Below, one piece after another: positions 48,207 to 49,153 of a stretch of DNA of 49,153 nucleotides. The stretch is taken from positions 17,722,209 to 17,771,361 of the forward strand of contig NC_068981.1 of assembly GCF_001194135.2 (NCBI RefSeq). The letters run 5' to 3'. The notes under the pieces are model-generated. The model was not told where the DNA came from and searched no databases. It was given only the letters and a program-made list of their open reading frames with translations. The translations under genes and the position numbers were made by a program. The stretch's first letter is position 1. Each line of letters opens with the position of its first letter. This stretch comes from Octopus bimaculoides (Eukaryota).

Positions 48207-49153
48207 TAAATACAGATTTACAATTATTCCAATATATCTTCAGGTTCTTTTTCAAAATATTATAAATCTAATTTTACATCCCTTTAAAAAATAAGCAATG
48301 AAATTAAGCATTAAAGATTAAAAATTGAAAATAAAAATTATACTTTGTAATATTAAGAATTAAAATTTATAAATTATACATTATAAATATGAATTTGTAT
48401 ATAAATCAACCTTGTAAAGTCAAGTATATAATGTCAAATACAAATTATAAGATATAAAATTATACTTCAGAATAAAAATGTCTGTGTTTAAATGTGAAAT
48501 ATAACAAGAAAAATTCAAATACATATCTTCCTTTTTTGCTGGTATCAGGATTAGTCTTCAAAATAGCAATTAGAGGAAATTTTTAATTTTTAATGCTTAA
48601 TTTTATTGCTTATTTTTTTAAAGAGATGTAAAATTAGATTTATAATATTTTGAAAAAGAACCTGAAGATGTGTTGGAATAACTGTAAATCTGATGACTGC
48701 ATATATGTATTTATATATGTATATATAAAAGCACCCACTACACTCTCGGAGTGGTTGGCATTAAGAAGGGCATCCAGCTGTAGAAACTCTGCCAAATCAG
48801 ATTGGAGCCTGGTGTAGCCACCTCGTTCACNNNNNNNNNNGCCAAATCAGATTGGAGCCTGGTGTAGCCACCTCGTTCACCAGTCCTCAGTCAAATCGTC
48901 CAACCCATGCTAGCATGGAAAGCAGATGTTAAACGACGATGATGATATATGTATACTATAGTGTGTATGTATATATATTATAATCTTCCAATACTGAAAC
49001 ACGTGTAGTTCCTTCATATTTAATTTAGTGTTAACTAAAGTAGGAGATAATTAAGGAAGTATAGTATATACCCTGCTGGTATAATGGTTATGTCTTTTAA
49101 GTATTATTTTGTGATGTGCAAATGGATACCATGAGTTTACTTTCAGATATACT
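47965..49153. repeat. Long inverted repeat (foldback): left arm 47965-48326; right arm 48578 to beyond 49153, interrupted by an RTE insertion at 48727-48946
   Basis: The reverse complement of 48947-49153 matches 47965-~48180, and that of 48578-48726 matches ~48195-48326, with few substitutions or indels. Spacer is 251 bp. Confidence 0.92.

Overview
AT-rich, microsatellite-laden eukaryotic draft sequence with about 11 N-gaps. Its repeat content suggests an Octopus (coleoid cephalopod) genome, which is an inference. One protein-coding gene spans most of the window on the minus strand: SREBP (sterol regulatory element-binding protein). I assembled by hand 13 GT-AG exons (47619 down to the stop at 7628; 2249 nt, about 749 aa) with fully consistent phases. 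They encode the post-bHLH linker, TM1, the lumenal loop with an RSLL S1P site, TM2 and the whole C-terminal regulatory domain. The bHLH-Zip exons lie beyond the right edge. The 9.46-kb intron 10927-20386 holds a miR-33 hairpin (18895-18976, minus strand) in the intron position equivalent to human SREBF2 intron 16. It has a variant mature arm and canonical Microprocessor motifs. The same intron holds two further long unexplained hairpins (44-bp perfect stem; 65-bp stem). A foldback with arms of at least 360 bp sits at the right edge. The rest is 5'-truncated RTE LINE ends (two 3'UTR types, one with a 66-bp minisatellite), at least three tRNA-derived SINE families, DNA-transposon relics and simple repeats. 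There is no CRISPR, rRNA or true tRNA gene. All alignments and folds were done by eye and from memory; no searches were run.
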